Below are positions 7,566 through 16,389 of a stretch of DNA of 64,000 nucleotides, in pieces (positions within the stretch are counted from its first letter, which is position 1; each line of letters opens with the position of its first letter). This DNA comes from Candidatus Parcubacteria bacterium. Its GTDB lineage: Bacteria > Patescibacteriota > Minisyncoccia > Phycocordibacterales > UBA918. Where the stretch lies: positions 67,858-131,857 of the forward strand of contig JBJOPW010000001.1 of the NCBI GenBank assembly GCA_046050355.1, in the 5' to 3' direction. A model generated the notes under the pieces. It was not told where the DNA came from and did not search any database. It was given only the letters and a program-made list of their open reading frames with translations. The translations under genes and the position numbers were made by a program.

Positions 7566-9206
7566 CTACTGGGTGAGACTGTCTGTACCCGCATAAATTA
7601 TAATCGCTTTTTCATGAGCATCAGTCTGTGCTGATAGCAGACCGGTACCTAAGGTATTTCTCAGTTGGAGCGCTAATTGTTCTTCACCGGGCGGGTATAC
7701 GACAATCGATTTTTGCTCGCTGCGACTTTCATCAATGGTAATTGCTTCAATCGCATAACCAGCCTCTTCAAGTGAGAATTTGGCTTTTGCAGCCGCACCA
7801 GCTTGACCACTAATATTTATGATGCGTATGGGTACAAGCTGTTCAGTTTTTGTTTCAGGTTTAATTTTTGTTTGCCGAAGTTTCTCATACGCAATATCTT
7901 CAGATGACAGCGTCAAACCTTCGCCGGCATTATCAACCGATACTTGATAGTGGGTAGCGTCCTTGACGATACCAAGTACTGCCAAGTAAATACCCACAAA
8001 AACTCCACAAACAACAAGTAAGCCCAGCAAAACAAAGCGGTAATCAAATACGTATCGCCAAAGCGCAGATATTTTTTGTTGTAGGCCATGACTTTGGTGC
8101 CACGAGTCAAGGATTTCTTTTGCTGATGCCCGCATCGGAGCACCAACATTCGCGTACCGTTTAACAACCATGGTCCGATCAGGTGTCTGAGCTTGTCGCG
8201 CGTGATGAGGAATGTACGGCGCTTCGTGAACATTAACACCTGATAGAGCGAGCATTCGATCTATGTATCGTCGAATAAGCCAAAGTATAATTTTTATACT
8301 GACATAAAGAATCAACAAGGTAATCAAAATTGTTGTGTACGGAATCACCCAAAAGTAGGTAGTGCTCGTTACGAATTTCTTACCTTCTTCACCATACCCA
8401 AGTGTGGCCACCGCTCGGTATCGGCCGATATCATAAACTGCCGTATCACTTGACCAGGTGAAGGTAAATTTACGAATACTGTTGGGGAGTACATTGCCAA
8501 AGTGAGTTTGGTGATTAATTGGTATAAAACCACGTTCCTTCCCCCACATATTAAATATCTTGATATCACCCTGCGGTTGTACATGGACATTTCCATCATT
8601 CTCAAAACGCATAAAGAGGGTCGCTTCAGGCGTTTGTACAATGGCTTTACTTGCCATAAATTCGCGAATATCACCAGATTCTACAACATCACCAGAAACA
8701 CGAACAAAAAAGAGCGAGGTTACAAATTGAGCAGTTTGTACTTGCGACAGTGTTTCGCCATCGTGAGGAGGTTTGGTACCAACCAGGATGGCAGCATAGT
8801 GTCCGCCCGGAGCTGCCTGCTCGGGAATACGGACCGAAATAGGGATCTCAGCCGTTGCTTGTGGTGGTATGATGACCGGGTCAGCGGGAACAGTTATCCA
8901 CTCTGCCAATGTCTGCCCCTGTGTTTCTTCAGCAAAAATGGGAATAAGATCACCACGACCGTCTTCGCCAAGGGGCGCGAAATTTACTGGCTGCGGATAA
9001 ACTGTTAATGGATAATCATTTACATTGACCACCCGTAGCTGGCTTGTCCAACTCTGACTGGGATTCGCTTGCATCTCGAATAATGTCGGAGACACTGACA
9101 GCGTTTGCGACTCTTCTAGACCCTGTGCCGCTACAATGAGAGGACAGATAAACAACGCCAGCAAAAAGGCATATCGGTGCTTAATTTTTTTTAAGATTGA
9201 TGTCAT
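7566..9206 (-). CDS. Membrane protein: signal peptide, two beta-sandwich ectodomains (DUF916/DUF3324-like), two TM helices and a C-terminal LytR_C-like domain
   Basis: The N-terminal part is paralogous to the 9181-10167 and 25683-26630 products. The C-terminus IRIINISGQAGAAAKAKFSLEEAGYAIEAITIDES...VVYPPGEE resembles LytR_C. Start set to the ATG at 9206 (MTSILKKIKHRYAFLLALF). Confidence 0.6.
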   Translation of the reverse strand: MTSILKKIKHRYAFLLALFICPLIVAAQGLEESQTLSVSPTLFEMQANPSQSWTSQLRVVNVNDYPLTVYPQPVNFAPLGEDGRGDLIPIFAEETQGQTLAEWITVPADPVIIPPQATAEIPISVRIPEQAAPGGHYAAILVGTKPPHDGETLSQVQTAQFVTSLFFVRVSGDVVESGDIREFMASKAIVQTPEATLFMRFENDGNVHVQPQGDIKIFNMWGKERGFIPINHQTHFGNVLPNSIRKFTFTWSSDTAVYDIGRYRAVATLGYGEEGKKFVTSTTYFWVIPYTTILITLLILYVSIKIILWLIRRYIDRMLALSGVNVHEAPYIPHHARQAQTPDRTMVVKRYANVGAPMRASAKEILDSWHQSHGLQQKISALWRYVFDYRFVLLGLLVVCGVFVGIYLAVLGIVKDATHYQVSVDNAGEGLTLSSEDIAYEKLRQTKIKPETKTEQLVPIRIINISGQAGAAAKAKFSLEEAGYAIEAITIDESRSEQKSIVVYPPGEEQLALQLRNTLGTGLLSAQTDAHEKAIIIYAGTDSLTQ

Positions 9207-10167
9207 GGTCTTTAAGATCAGTATGCACACCATCACGAACATAAACGGGTAACGACTCATTATCTCCAGGTTCATGGTGGTGCCGGTTCTTATAAATGTA
9301 CAGAAGTGTCAGGAGTATACTCCCTCCCATAACCATAGCGAAGATAATCAGAATGGTTTGTAGTGGTACTACAGTAAAAAAAGTTGTGTCATAAAGGTTT
9401 GCTCGCTGTAATGTGCCGTATTCAACATCCAAAAAGGCTTTATGGCGTCCGTACATACCACTACGAGGTACTTCACCTCTAAACGGCGCCCGTTCGCCAG
9501 CAGCCAGTACTTTACCTTCATTATTTACTGCAATACTAGCTACCTCTCTTCCCCGCACGTCGTACACAATAATCTCGCCCTGTGGTTTGATCGGCAGGTC
9601 GCCGATGTTTTCTAGTTCGTAACTGACCGGAATAGTCTCGCCACTCGTTACATAGCGATCAATTATAAAATTATTAAGCCGCATATATTCGCTGCGCACA
9701 TCAGCCATCGAAATCCGCATGGTTACCCCAGGAGCCCGACCGCTCATAACCGCCGCTTCTGCTTCGTCTCGTTTATCACCATTACCAAAGCCGACAAAAG
9801 CGTAGTAATCACCTTGGACGGCATTTGGGTTTATTGTTAAGGTCACCGGGATTTTGACTGATTCGCCGGGTTGCAATTCCACTCGAGCTCGTGATACGGC
9901 AATCCAACTAGTCACATTGGTCGTTTGGTCCGTCATCACGGGTGATTCAAATGTCTTGATTGAACCATCTTCACCAAGGGTAATCGGATGAACGGACGGG
10001 AAAATTTTTACTGGCACGGTACCGGTATTGGTAATCTTAATCGTGTCTTCCAGAATATCCCGTGGCTTAACTTTGTGTTCGATAACTGGTGGCGTGACTG
10101 TATATGACTGAGCTGAAGCAATCAGAGGTGTTGTCAGTAAGCAAAATGTAAGAAAAATGTAACGCAT
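9181..10167 (-). CDS. Two-beta-sandwich surface protein with C-terminal TM anchor (DUF916/DUF3324-like, WxL-locus-type architecture)
   Basis: Signal peptide MRYIFLTFCLLTTPLIASA; ITNTGTVPVKIFPSV, VELQPGESVKIPVTLTI, YELENIGDLPIKPQGEIIVYD; C-terminal TM ILIIFAMVMGGSILLTLLYIY. Confidence 0.55.
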   Translation of the reverse strand: MRYIFLTFCLLTTPLIASAQSYTVTPPVIEHKVKPRDILEDTIKITNTGTVPVKIFPSVHPITLGEDGSIKTFESPVMTDQTTNVTSWIAVSRARVELQPGESVKIPVTLTINPNAVQGDYYAFVGFGNGDKRDEAEAAVMSGRAPGVTMRISMADVRSEYMRLNNFIIDRYVTSGETIPVSYELENIGDLPIKPQGEIIVYDVRGREVASIAVNNEGKVLAAGERAPFRGEVPRSGMYGRHKAFLDVEYGTLQRANLYDTTFFTVVPLQTILIIFAMVMGGSILLTLLYIYKNRHHHEPGDNESLPVYVRDGVHTDLKDHDINLKKN

Positions 10168-10173
10168 AAGATT

Positions 10174-13100
10174 TTAGTAAACAGGAACGGCTATATAGAC
10201 AATTTCGGTGGTATAACTAGCGGCTGGTTGCATCCCAGTCACCTTTACTCTATATACAATATCATGGCTGTCATTGGCTGGTAATGGACTATACATAACT
10301 TCAGCCACATCAGTATGGAGACCAGCATAACTATCAAGCGGAGCAAATCGCGTAGAACCACCCGTGAGCGTTGCATCTGTTGTATGGTAGCCGACACAAC
10401 CAGATGCGGTAGTGATACAACCAACCGCCCAAGCAGCCGGCACAGCATTAGTTCCGGTGACGGACGGGATTGGTGTCCCATAGCCATTTTGTAACTGCTG
10501 GCGCGCAAAAGACAGCACTCGGTAGCCATCAGTAGCATTAGTGGTGACCGCCAACCGGTGAGCTGCCACCGCATCAGTGTCAATTGGTATTGAACCGAAG
10601 GTTACCGTTGCCGGGGTAGTGGCTACCGTCGTAACTACACCAGCAGTCGTCGTACCACTTGGAAGTCCACTAATACTCAGTGTCAATTTTGGTGTCTCTG
10701 CAACAAGACTTGGGTATGATTCCCCGCTTGCTGGCGCAACCGGTGCGTCTTCAAAGACTTCGTAGAGTCTGAAGTAGTACACTGCCCCCGCCCGAGCAGC
10801 TGCATGACGGAGGTAAAAGGCAAATTCAGTCGACGCACCGGCTAGATGGGTGTACCCAGTCGTATAGGTTGGCGACTCGTTGTGTGTACCACAACCACTG
10901 CCTGTACCACCCGTACAGCTGTTAGCATCAGTCAGCACTTTAGTGGTAATAGTGGCATTATCAGTACCACCACCGTCGACATAACACCACGTTGAGGTGG
11001 CCGTACAAGCTGCTTGCGTCACGACATCTTTTGGCGACGTAAATGTTGGCGACTCGTCGTATTGGAGTTTAAATTTTATGTCTTGGCCCACCACATTTTT
11101 TCGTTGACCAACCGTAACGCGTAAAGTAAATTCATTTCCATTTTGTACCTCAATTGGTGAAATAATTTCACCAGAAAGTGGACTAAGGGGGGTTTCGCTT
11201 TCAGCATCATCATAAAAGCGCCAACGTTTTGTTTGTGGTGAATAGCCGGCTGTGCGGATTTGCGGGTAGTTAAAATAACCGTCTAATGGTGTACCGTCAC
11301 TCCGTACCATACGGAAACAGTAGGTATTACGTGAGATTGCACCATTGTGTTGAATAAACCAATCGTATTCTACGTCTTCACCCGGATCAACAATATAAGG
11401 GTTAGCTGGTGCCGGATTTTCTTCAACTAAACTACCAGCTCGATCAGCTACCGAAATTAACAAATCGCCTCCGGTTGGCGGGTTGGTACTTAAATTTGTA
11501 CCGTTTGTTGTCCCTGTGGCAGCGTACCCTCGCCAGATACCACTACCAGCCGCAGTGTCAAGATCACTCCAGGTACCAACGGTCGAACAGGAAGTAGCAC
11601 GCAATCCATACTGCAACTTAAAATCATACAGACCAGCCGGTAGGTTTGCGTTGGCTACCCGTAACGTCATGCGTAGTCGCACCAGGTCACCATCTCCGAG
11701 TGGTTCGTCGGCAATTGTAATGGGGTTGTTTTCACCCAAATCTGAGACACCAACCGGCCATGGGTCGGTGGGCTTCAGGGCATTATTATTAACATAGAAC
11801 CGATAGTAATTTTGACGAACAGCGAGTCCAGAAACTGGCCATTCCACAATTTCGGTACGATACGTCATTTCCCCTGAGGCTTCACTGCGCCACAGTTCAT
11901 AGGTGGACGTGCTCGTAATACGAGCACCGGCCATTGGTAAGGGAAAGGTCGTATTAGCCCCCACGACGCGGGTATTAGCAAATATTGATGCATTGTTTGT
12001 CGCTTCAATTGGTGAGAAGATTGAGATTGATAACGCTACTGGCTCAGTACCGGCGTTGGTCGTTCCATTTGTTCGTTGTACCTCCATAGCACCGGCACTG
12101 GTCTGCAGGTTTTCAATAATCCAAGCCACTGAAGTATGTCCGCTCGGTGCAGTAGCAGCGCCCTCAAGTCGGTATGATACGGCGCCAATACTCGACAGCC
12201 AAACTTCGTGGCCAAAGTTGTTGACGTTGCCTTGAGCGGTCATGCGTTTTTGTGTGTGTATAAACGAACGCGCTAAACTATTGAGCGTTGTTGGTATTGA
12301 TTCTGTTTCTACGGTTCCAACTGCAGTATACGTATGTTCACTTCGTTGCACCTGCCAATTAATGCCGGTAAATTCAACCACGGCATAGCTCACATTGATA
12401 ATAGCCCCACCGGCTCCACGATTAAAAACGGGTGCCGTACTGGTGGGACTCCAACTTGATGTTACTTGCCCGGCATAATACACGTTACGCGCAACATCAC
12501 GGTTCTCAATACCAGTTATAAAGACCACCACATCAGTATTATCGGTAATGGTACCAAGGGCAGTGCCGGTGGCTATCAAGGCGGCACTCGCCATATTGAC
12601 ACTCCCCACCCCTCTTACCTTCATTTCATTGTCGGTGCCAGCATCCCCAATAAACTCAACGATTTCCCAGTTCACCCGTGTATTTCCGGTGGCAGCTGGT
12701 GGCCGAGAAATGGTAAAATTGCTCGGTAAGTTAGCCGCCGAAATGTACGCGGTGATATCATCGGCATTTTGCGCTCCTCCACCAGCTGTCGTGCGTCCCG
12801 GCCCAGTGTTGTGGGTGTCAGTGAGACGGACAAAGGCAGTCGTTGTGCTCGCTGGAGCAGTATAGTCAACACCAGCGGTTAGCGTTTGTGACGTACCGGC
12901 GATGGTAGCAGTGCCACGCTGCACTTTAAAATCACGCTTGGGAGCAGTGGTTAGTTCTGCATAGTTACTATAGGTTAAGGGTTCTCCATTATTGGTGAGT
13001 CTAAAGCAATACGTAGTATTATAAGCAGTAATATTGGTAGAGGTAATACTAAATTCATACTCAGCAAATTCAGTTGTACTCATGACCAGAGCAGAGGTAG

Positions 13101-16100
13101 TACTCGTGGTATCACGTTGGCCGGCATTTGCGACAATAAAGGTTGGATTTGGGTCGGTAACACCCCCGTTTGCAACCGCAATATTGGTAGTGTTGTTACC
13201 GTTGGTGAGATTAGTGCTATCAAACATATTCCAGTCATCAGCACTATCGCCAACCGGTGTCCACACACTCACCGCACTACAGGTAGTCACGCGCGGTCCA
13301 AATTCAAGGCGATAGGCGGTTGCAACAGAAGCAGCCGCACCTTCGTTTGAAAGTGCCAGGCGTAGTCGGATTGGTGTATTGGCAGGGTGTTCTGTCAGGA
13401 GGACATTTTCTGACCCACCTGTAGCTGAAGTTGCTGTAGTTTCAGACCCATTGTCGTTACGCCAATGGTAACCATTTTGGGTAATCACTGGTCCTGAAAG
13501 CGTGGTGGTACCGTTAATTGCTATCGGTGTAGATGGTGATACCGATCCAGCCGAGACACCGATATCATTAGCGGGTGAAGAAATTTCTATTTGCACGGTG
13601 TCACCATTGCTAGCCGCAGCGGTAACATCAAACACCACATAAAGACAAACGGTCTGTGTGGTTGTTACGGTCACCGAGCCACTAAACGTTGATGTACCAT
13701 TTTGACTAGTAAAGCCATCAGTATCGGTGCTACCAAATTGCGTTTCTGATCCACCATACGATTCACTGGCACAATCGTACGGAGCGGTGGTGTCTAAATC
13801 ATATCTAAGCACTATGGTATCTAAGTGATTCTGTGCATCAACAGTGCCATTCTCAGCTATCATAATATTGGTAATATTTCGACTACTGGTGTTTTCACGA
13901 AAGACAAACTGGCCGCCGACATGTTGATTTGTAGATGGCACCAAGAGCGATGCTGTCTGACTACCTAAAGCGGTCACACTGACATCAGCGGCAATGGTGA
14001 CACTTGGGAATTGTGAATATACGGGTAAGGGGGTGCCAGCATTAGTAACACGAAAACAGTACGTTGTTCCCTCACTCGCTGAGGTTGATGCAACAATGGC
14101 ATATTCTAATTCAACAAAATTAGTGTTCGTTAGCGTTAAAGAGCCAGTTTGTGAAGAGACTTCGCGCAAGCCACCATTGGGGGTTAAAAATGTCGTGTTT
14201 TCGTCGGCCACACCACCAGTACCCACTGCAATATTAGTAGTATCTCCCCCTTCGGTAATATTTGCAGATAACGACATATTCCAGGCATCATCGGCTGCCC
14301 CGACATCAGTCCAACTCGTGGTGTCATTACAGGTCGGGGCTGCTACCCCATACTCCAAACGAAATGTTGATGCGGCGCTAGATAGTGAGCCTTCGTTTGA
14401 TACCTGCACGCGCAGGCGACGAGGGTTATTCGGCAACAGTGCAGCGATTGGTGTATCAGCTACTCCGCCGGTCGCAGATGAGGCGGTAGTTTCTGTACCG
14501 TTATCGTTACGCCAGTGGTAGTGCGTTTGGGTAAGTTCATCATTTTGAATCAGTGATGATGAAGCCATACGCACTGGAGATTCAGGCATTACCAGCACAC
14601 CACCAGTGACAATCACGTCATCATTAGGAGCTTCAACTGAAACTGACAACGTATCACCATCAAGGGCAGCTTCTAGTACATCGAGCACGACGTAGAAGCA
14701 CATGGCCTGTGTCGTGGTGATAGACTGTAAGCCAGAAAAACTCGAAACCCCATTAGCGCCAGAAAATCCATTAGTGTCTGTAAGTCCATACTGAGATTCA
14801 GTGCCACTATATGATTCACTGACACAGTCATAGGGGGCCGAAGTATCAAGGTCATAAAACAATTTCACATTGCTCACCGCAGTACTACCATTAATACTGC
14901 CACGCTCGTTAACGACTACAGCGGTCACATTCCGACTACTTTGGGTTTCTCGAATTGCAAACTTGCCGCCGACATAGACATTATTGGTACCGGCGGTGAT
15001 AACACTGGTCGCTGTACCGGTTGCATACAATTTTGTAATCGGTGCGATATCAGCAAGCGTATCACCAAAATAATCATCTGGTGCTGGGTCAGTCCAACTC
15101 ACATAGATGCGCTCATCACTCATGAGATTGATATCAAGACCACGATGGTCGCCAGCAGTCACACCCGAGACGGTTCGCTCAGGACTCCAGGTTGACATAG
15201 CAGAAGTTGAAGTCGCCCAGTAGATACCTCCGGTCGTGGCTGTCGCCGGTGTCGACCGTAGTACATAGGCAACATAAACAGTACTGGTATTGATATCTAA
15301 TCCAATCGCAACCGTATTAAGACCACGTGTTGTATTCGTAAATACTGCAGTTGTTCCAGTCCATGAACCGGATGAGAACTTAGCCGTACGAACATCATGA
15401 TCAAGTGTAGTATACGTGTCATGATCAGCACCATAGGCAAGATACACATCACCGGAGTTTGGGTCAACAACAGCCGCCATACTGGTATCGTACGTAGCAC
15501 TCTCAACGGCTGCCCCATCAATAGTAGTCCAACTGGCTGACCAAGCTGATCCATTCCATACACGTGACTGAATCACGTTTAAACTAATGTCACGGTTTAT
15601 AAGGAGTACATTGCCATTAATAAGTGGCAACAATATATTCCAATCATTATCAAGATCCATAAAACGCGCACCACCCGGCTCACTCCAGCCAGTAGTGGCG
15701 GTGCACCCCGTGTCAGTATCGCAACTCACCACAAAAGAATCAGCGGCATCTGAGATACCGATAAAAACTTCGTTACCAGCATTTTTTGTGACCGTGAGGT
15801 TGTTAGTACCCGATACGTAGGTGCCGGCCTGACTTGAGTTGGTACTCGCGTTCACTGGAGCAGTACCGAGGAGGAGAGTGTCGGTACTGGTATCAAGCGC
15901 ATTATAAAATACATGGTCGGGGTTTGAGGCCGTTTCCATTGTTGCTATATGAATCGTGCTCCCAAAGTCGCCGGGTGTCCACTGGTCATACCACACCGCA
16001 ATACTCGAACAGTCAGTTTGGGCATCTACAATCACTGGTGTATTCCAGACCGTACCACCGTTTGTAGTCTTACTATACACACAACTACCAGAGAGATCTC

Positions 16101-16335
16101 GGTAAAACTTGTACCCCACCTGATCAGAAGTGAACACCGTTTGGGAGCCACCGAAGAAAAATGAGTTGGCATCGGTACTCACCGTAGCATCAATGGTATT
16201 TTGGGCAGCTTCGGCCATAGTCGGCCAGGCCATATACTCCAAAAACGTGAAGTTGAGAAAAAACATCACAGCTAACATGATGCCAGCAATCAGTCGACGC
16301 CATCCATACCAAAAAAACGCTGGAAACCTCCGCAT
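10174..16335 (-). CDS. Giant secreted surface protein (2,053 aa): N-terminal anchor, WNGSAW-type repeats, repeated YxWRxDxG beta-sandwich modules, WxL-like C-terminal module
   Basis: Uninterrupted 6.2-kb ORF starting at an ATG. YHWRNDNG(T/S)ETTA occurs twice; also RWRFYDDAESE and YCFR(V/L)TN. C-terminus ...SYTTEIVYIAVPVY. Confidence 0.85.
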   Translation of the reverse strand: MRRFPAFFWYGWRRLIAGIMLAVMFFLNFTFLEYMAWPTMAEAAQNTIDATVSTDANSFFFGGSQTVFTSDQVGYKFYRDLSGSCVYSKTTNGGTVWNTPVIVDAQTDCSSIAVWYDQWTPGDFGSTIHIATMETASNPDHVFYNALDTSTDTLLLGTAPVNASTNSSQAGTYVSGTNNLTVTKNAGNEVFIGISDAADSFVVSCDTDTGCTATTGWSEPGGARFMDLDNDWNILLPLINGNVLLINRDISLNVIQSRVWNGSAWSASWTTIDGAAVESATYDTSMAAVVDPNSGDVYLAYGADHDTYTTLDHDVRTAKFSSGSWTGTTAVFTNTTRGLNTVAIGLDINTSTVYVAYVLRSTPATATTGGIYWATSTSAMSTWSPERTVSGVTAGDHRGLDINLMSDERIYVSWTDPAPDDYFGDTLADIAPITKLYATGTATSVITAGTNNVYVGGKFAIRETQSSRNVTAVVVNERGSINGSTAVSNVKLFYDLDTSAPYDCVSESYSGTESQYGLTDTNGFSGANGVSSFSGLQSITTTQAMCFYVVLDVLEAALDGDTLSVSVEAPNDDVIVTGGVLVMPESPVRMASSSLIQNDELTQTHYHWRNDNGTETTASSATGGVADTPIAALLPNNPRRLRVQVSNEGSLSSAASTFRLEYGVAAPTCNDTTSWTDVGAADDAWNMSLSANITEGGDTTNIAVGTGGVADENTTFLTPNGGLREVSSQTGSLTLTNTNFVELEYAIVASTSASEGTTYCFRVTNAGTPLPVYSQFPSVTIAADVSVTALGSQTASLLVPSTNQHVGGQFVFRENTSSRNITNIMIAENGTVDAQNHLDTIVLRYDLDTTAPYDCASESYGGSETQFGSTDTDGFTSQNGTSTFSGSVTVTTTQTVCLYVVFDVTAAASNGDTVQIEISSPANDIGVSAGSVSPSTPIAINGTTTLSGPVITQNGYHWRNDNGSETTATSATGGSENVLLTEHPANTPIRLRLALSNEGAAASVATAYRLEFGPRVTTCSAVSVWTPVGDSADDWNMFDSTNLTNGNNTTNIAVANGGVTDPNPTFIVANAGQRDTTSTTSALVMSTTEFAEYEFSITSTNITAYNTTYCFRLTNNGEPLTYSNYAELTTAPKRDFKVQRGTATIAGTSQTLTAGVDYTAPASTTTAFVRLTDTHNTGPGRTTAGGGAQNADDITAYISAANLPSNFTISRPPAATGNTRVNWEIVEFIGDAGTDNEMKVRGVGSVNMASAALIATGTALGTITDNTDVVVFITGIENRDVARNVYYAGQVTSSWSPTSTAPVFNRGAGGAIINVSYAVVEFTGINWQVQRSEHTYTAVGTVETESIPTTLNSLARSFIHTQKRMTAQGNVNNFGHEVWLSSIGAVSYRLEGAATAPSGHTSVAWIIENLQTSAGAMEVQRTNGTTNAGTEPVALSISIFSPIEATNNASIFANTRVVGANTTFPLPMAGARITSTSTYELWRSEASGEMTYRTEIVEWPVSGLAVRQNYYRFYVNNNALKPTDPWPVGVSDLGENNPITIADEPLGDGDLVRLRMTLRVANANLPAGLYDFKLQYGLRATSCSTVGTWSDLDTAAGSGIWRGYAATGTTNGTNLSTNPPTGGDLLISVADRAGSLVEENPAPANPYIVDPGEDVEYDWFIQHNGAISRNTYCFRMVRSDGTPLDGYFNYPQIRTAGYSPQTKRWRFYDDAESETPLSPLSGEIISPIEVQNGNEFTLRVTVGQRKNVVGQDIKFKLQYDESPTFTSPKDVVTQAACTATSTWCYVDGGGTDNATITTKVLTDANSCTGGTGSGCGTHNESPTYTTGYTHLAGASTEFAFYLRHAAARAGAVYYFRLYEVFEDAPVAPASGESYPSLVAETPKLTLSISGLPSGTTTAGVVTTVATTPATVTFGSIPIDTDAVAAHRLAVTTNATDGYRVLSFARQQLQNGYGTPIPSVTGTNAVPAAWAVGCITTASGCVGYHTTDATLTGGSTRFAPLDSYAGLHTDVAEVMYSPLPANDSHDIVYRVKVTGMQPAASYTTEIVYIAVPVY
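12990..15090 (-). repeat. Tandem in-frame duplication (~1.05 kb, ~350 aa per unit) inside the 2,053-aa gene
   Basis: The anchor sequence encoding YHWRNDNG sits at 14497-14520 and 13447-13470 (1,050 nt apart). The flanking protein segments align, for example LFYDLDTSAPYDCVSESYSG with LRYDLDTTAPYDCASESYGG. Confidence 0.75.
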
Positions 16336-16389
16336 AAGTTAATTTTGTCACGTTAAGTGAGAGTTTTCTATGTTTTTGCTGTAGAGAAC

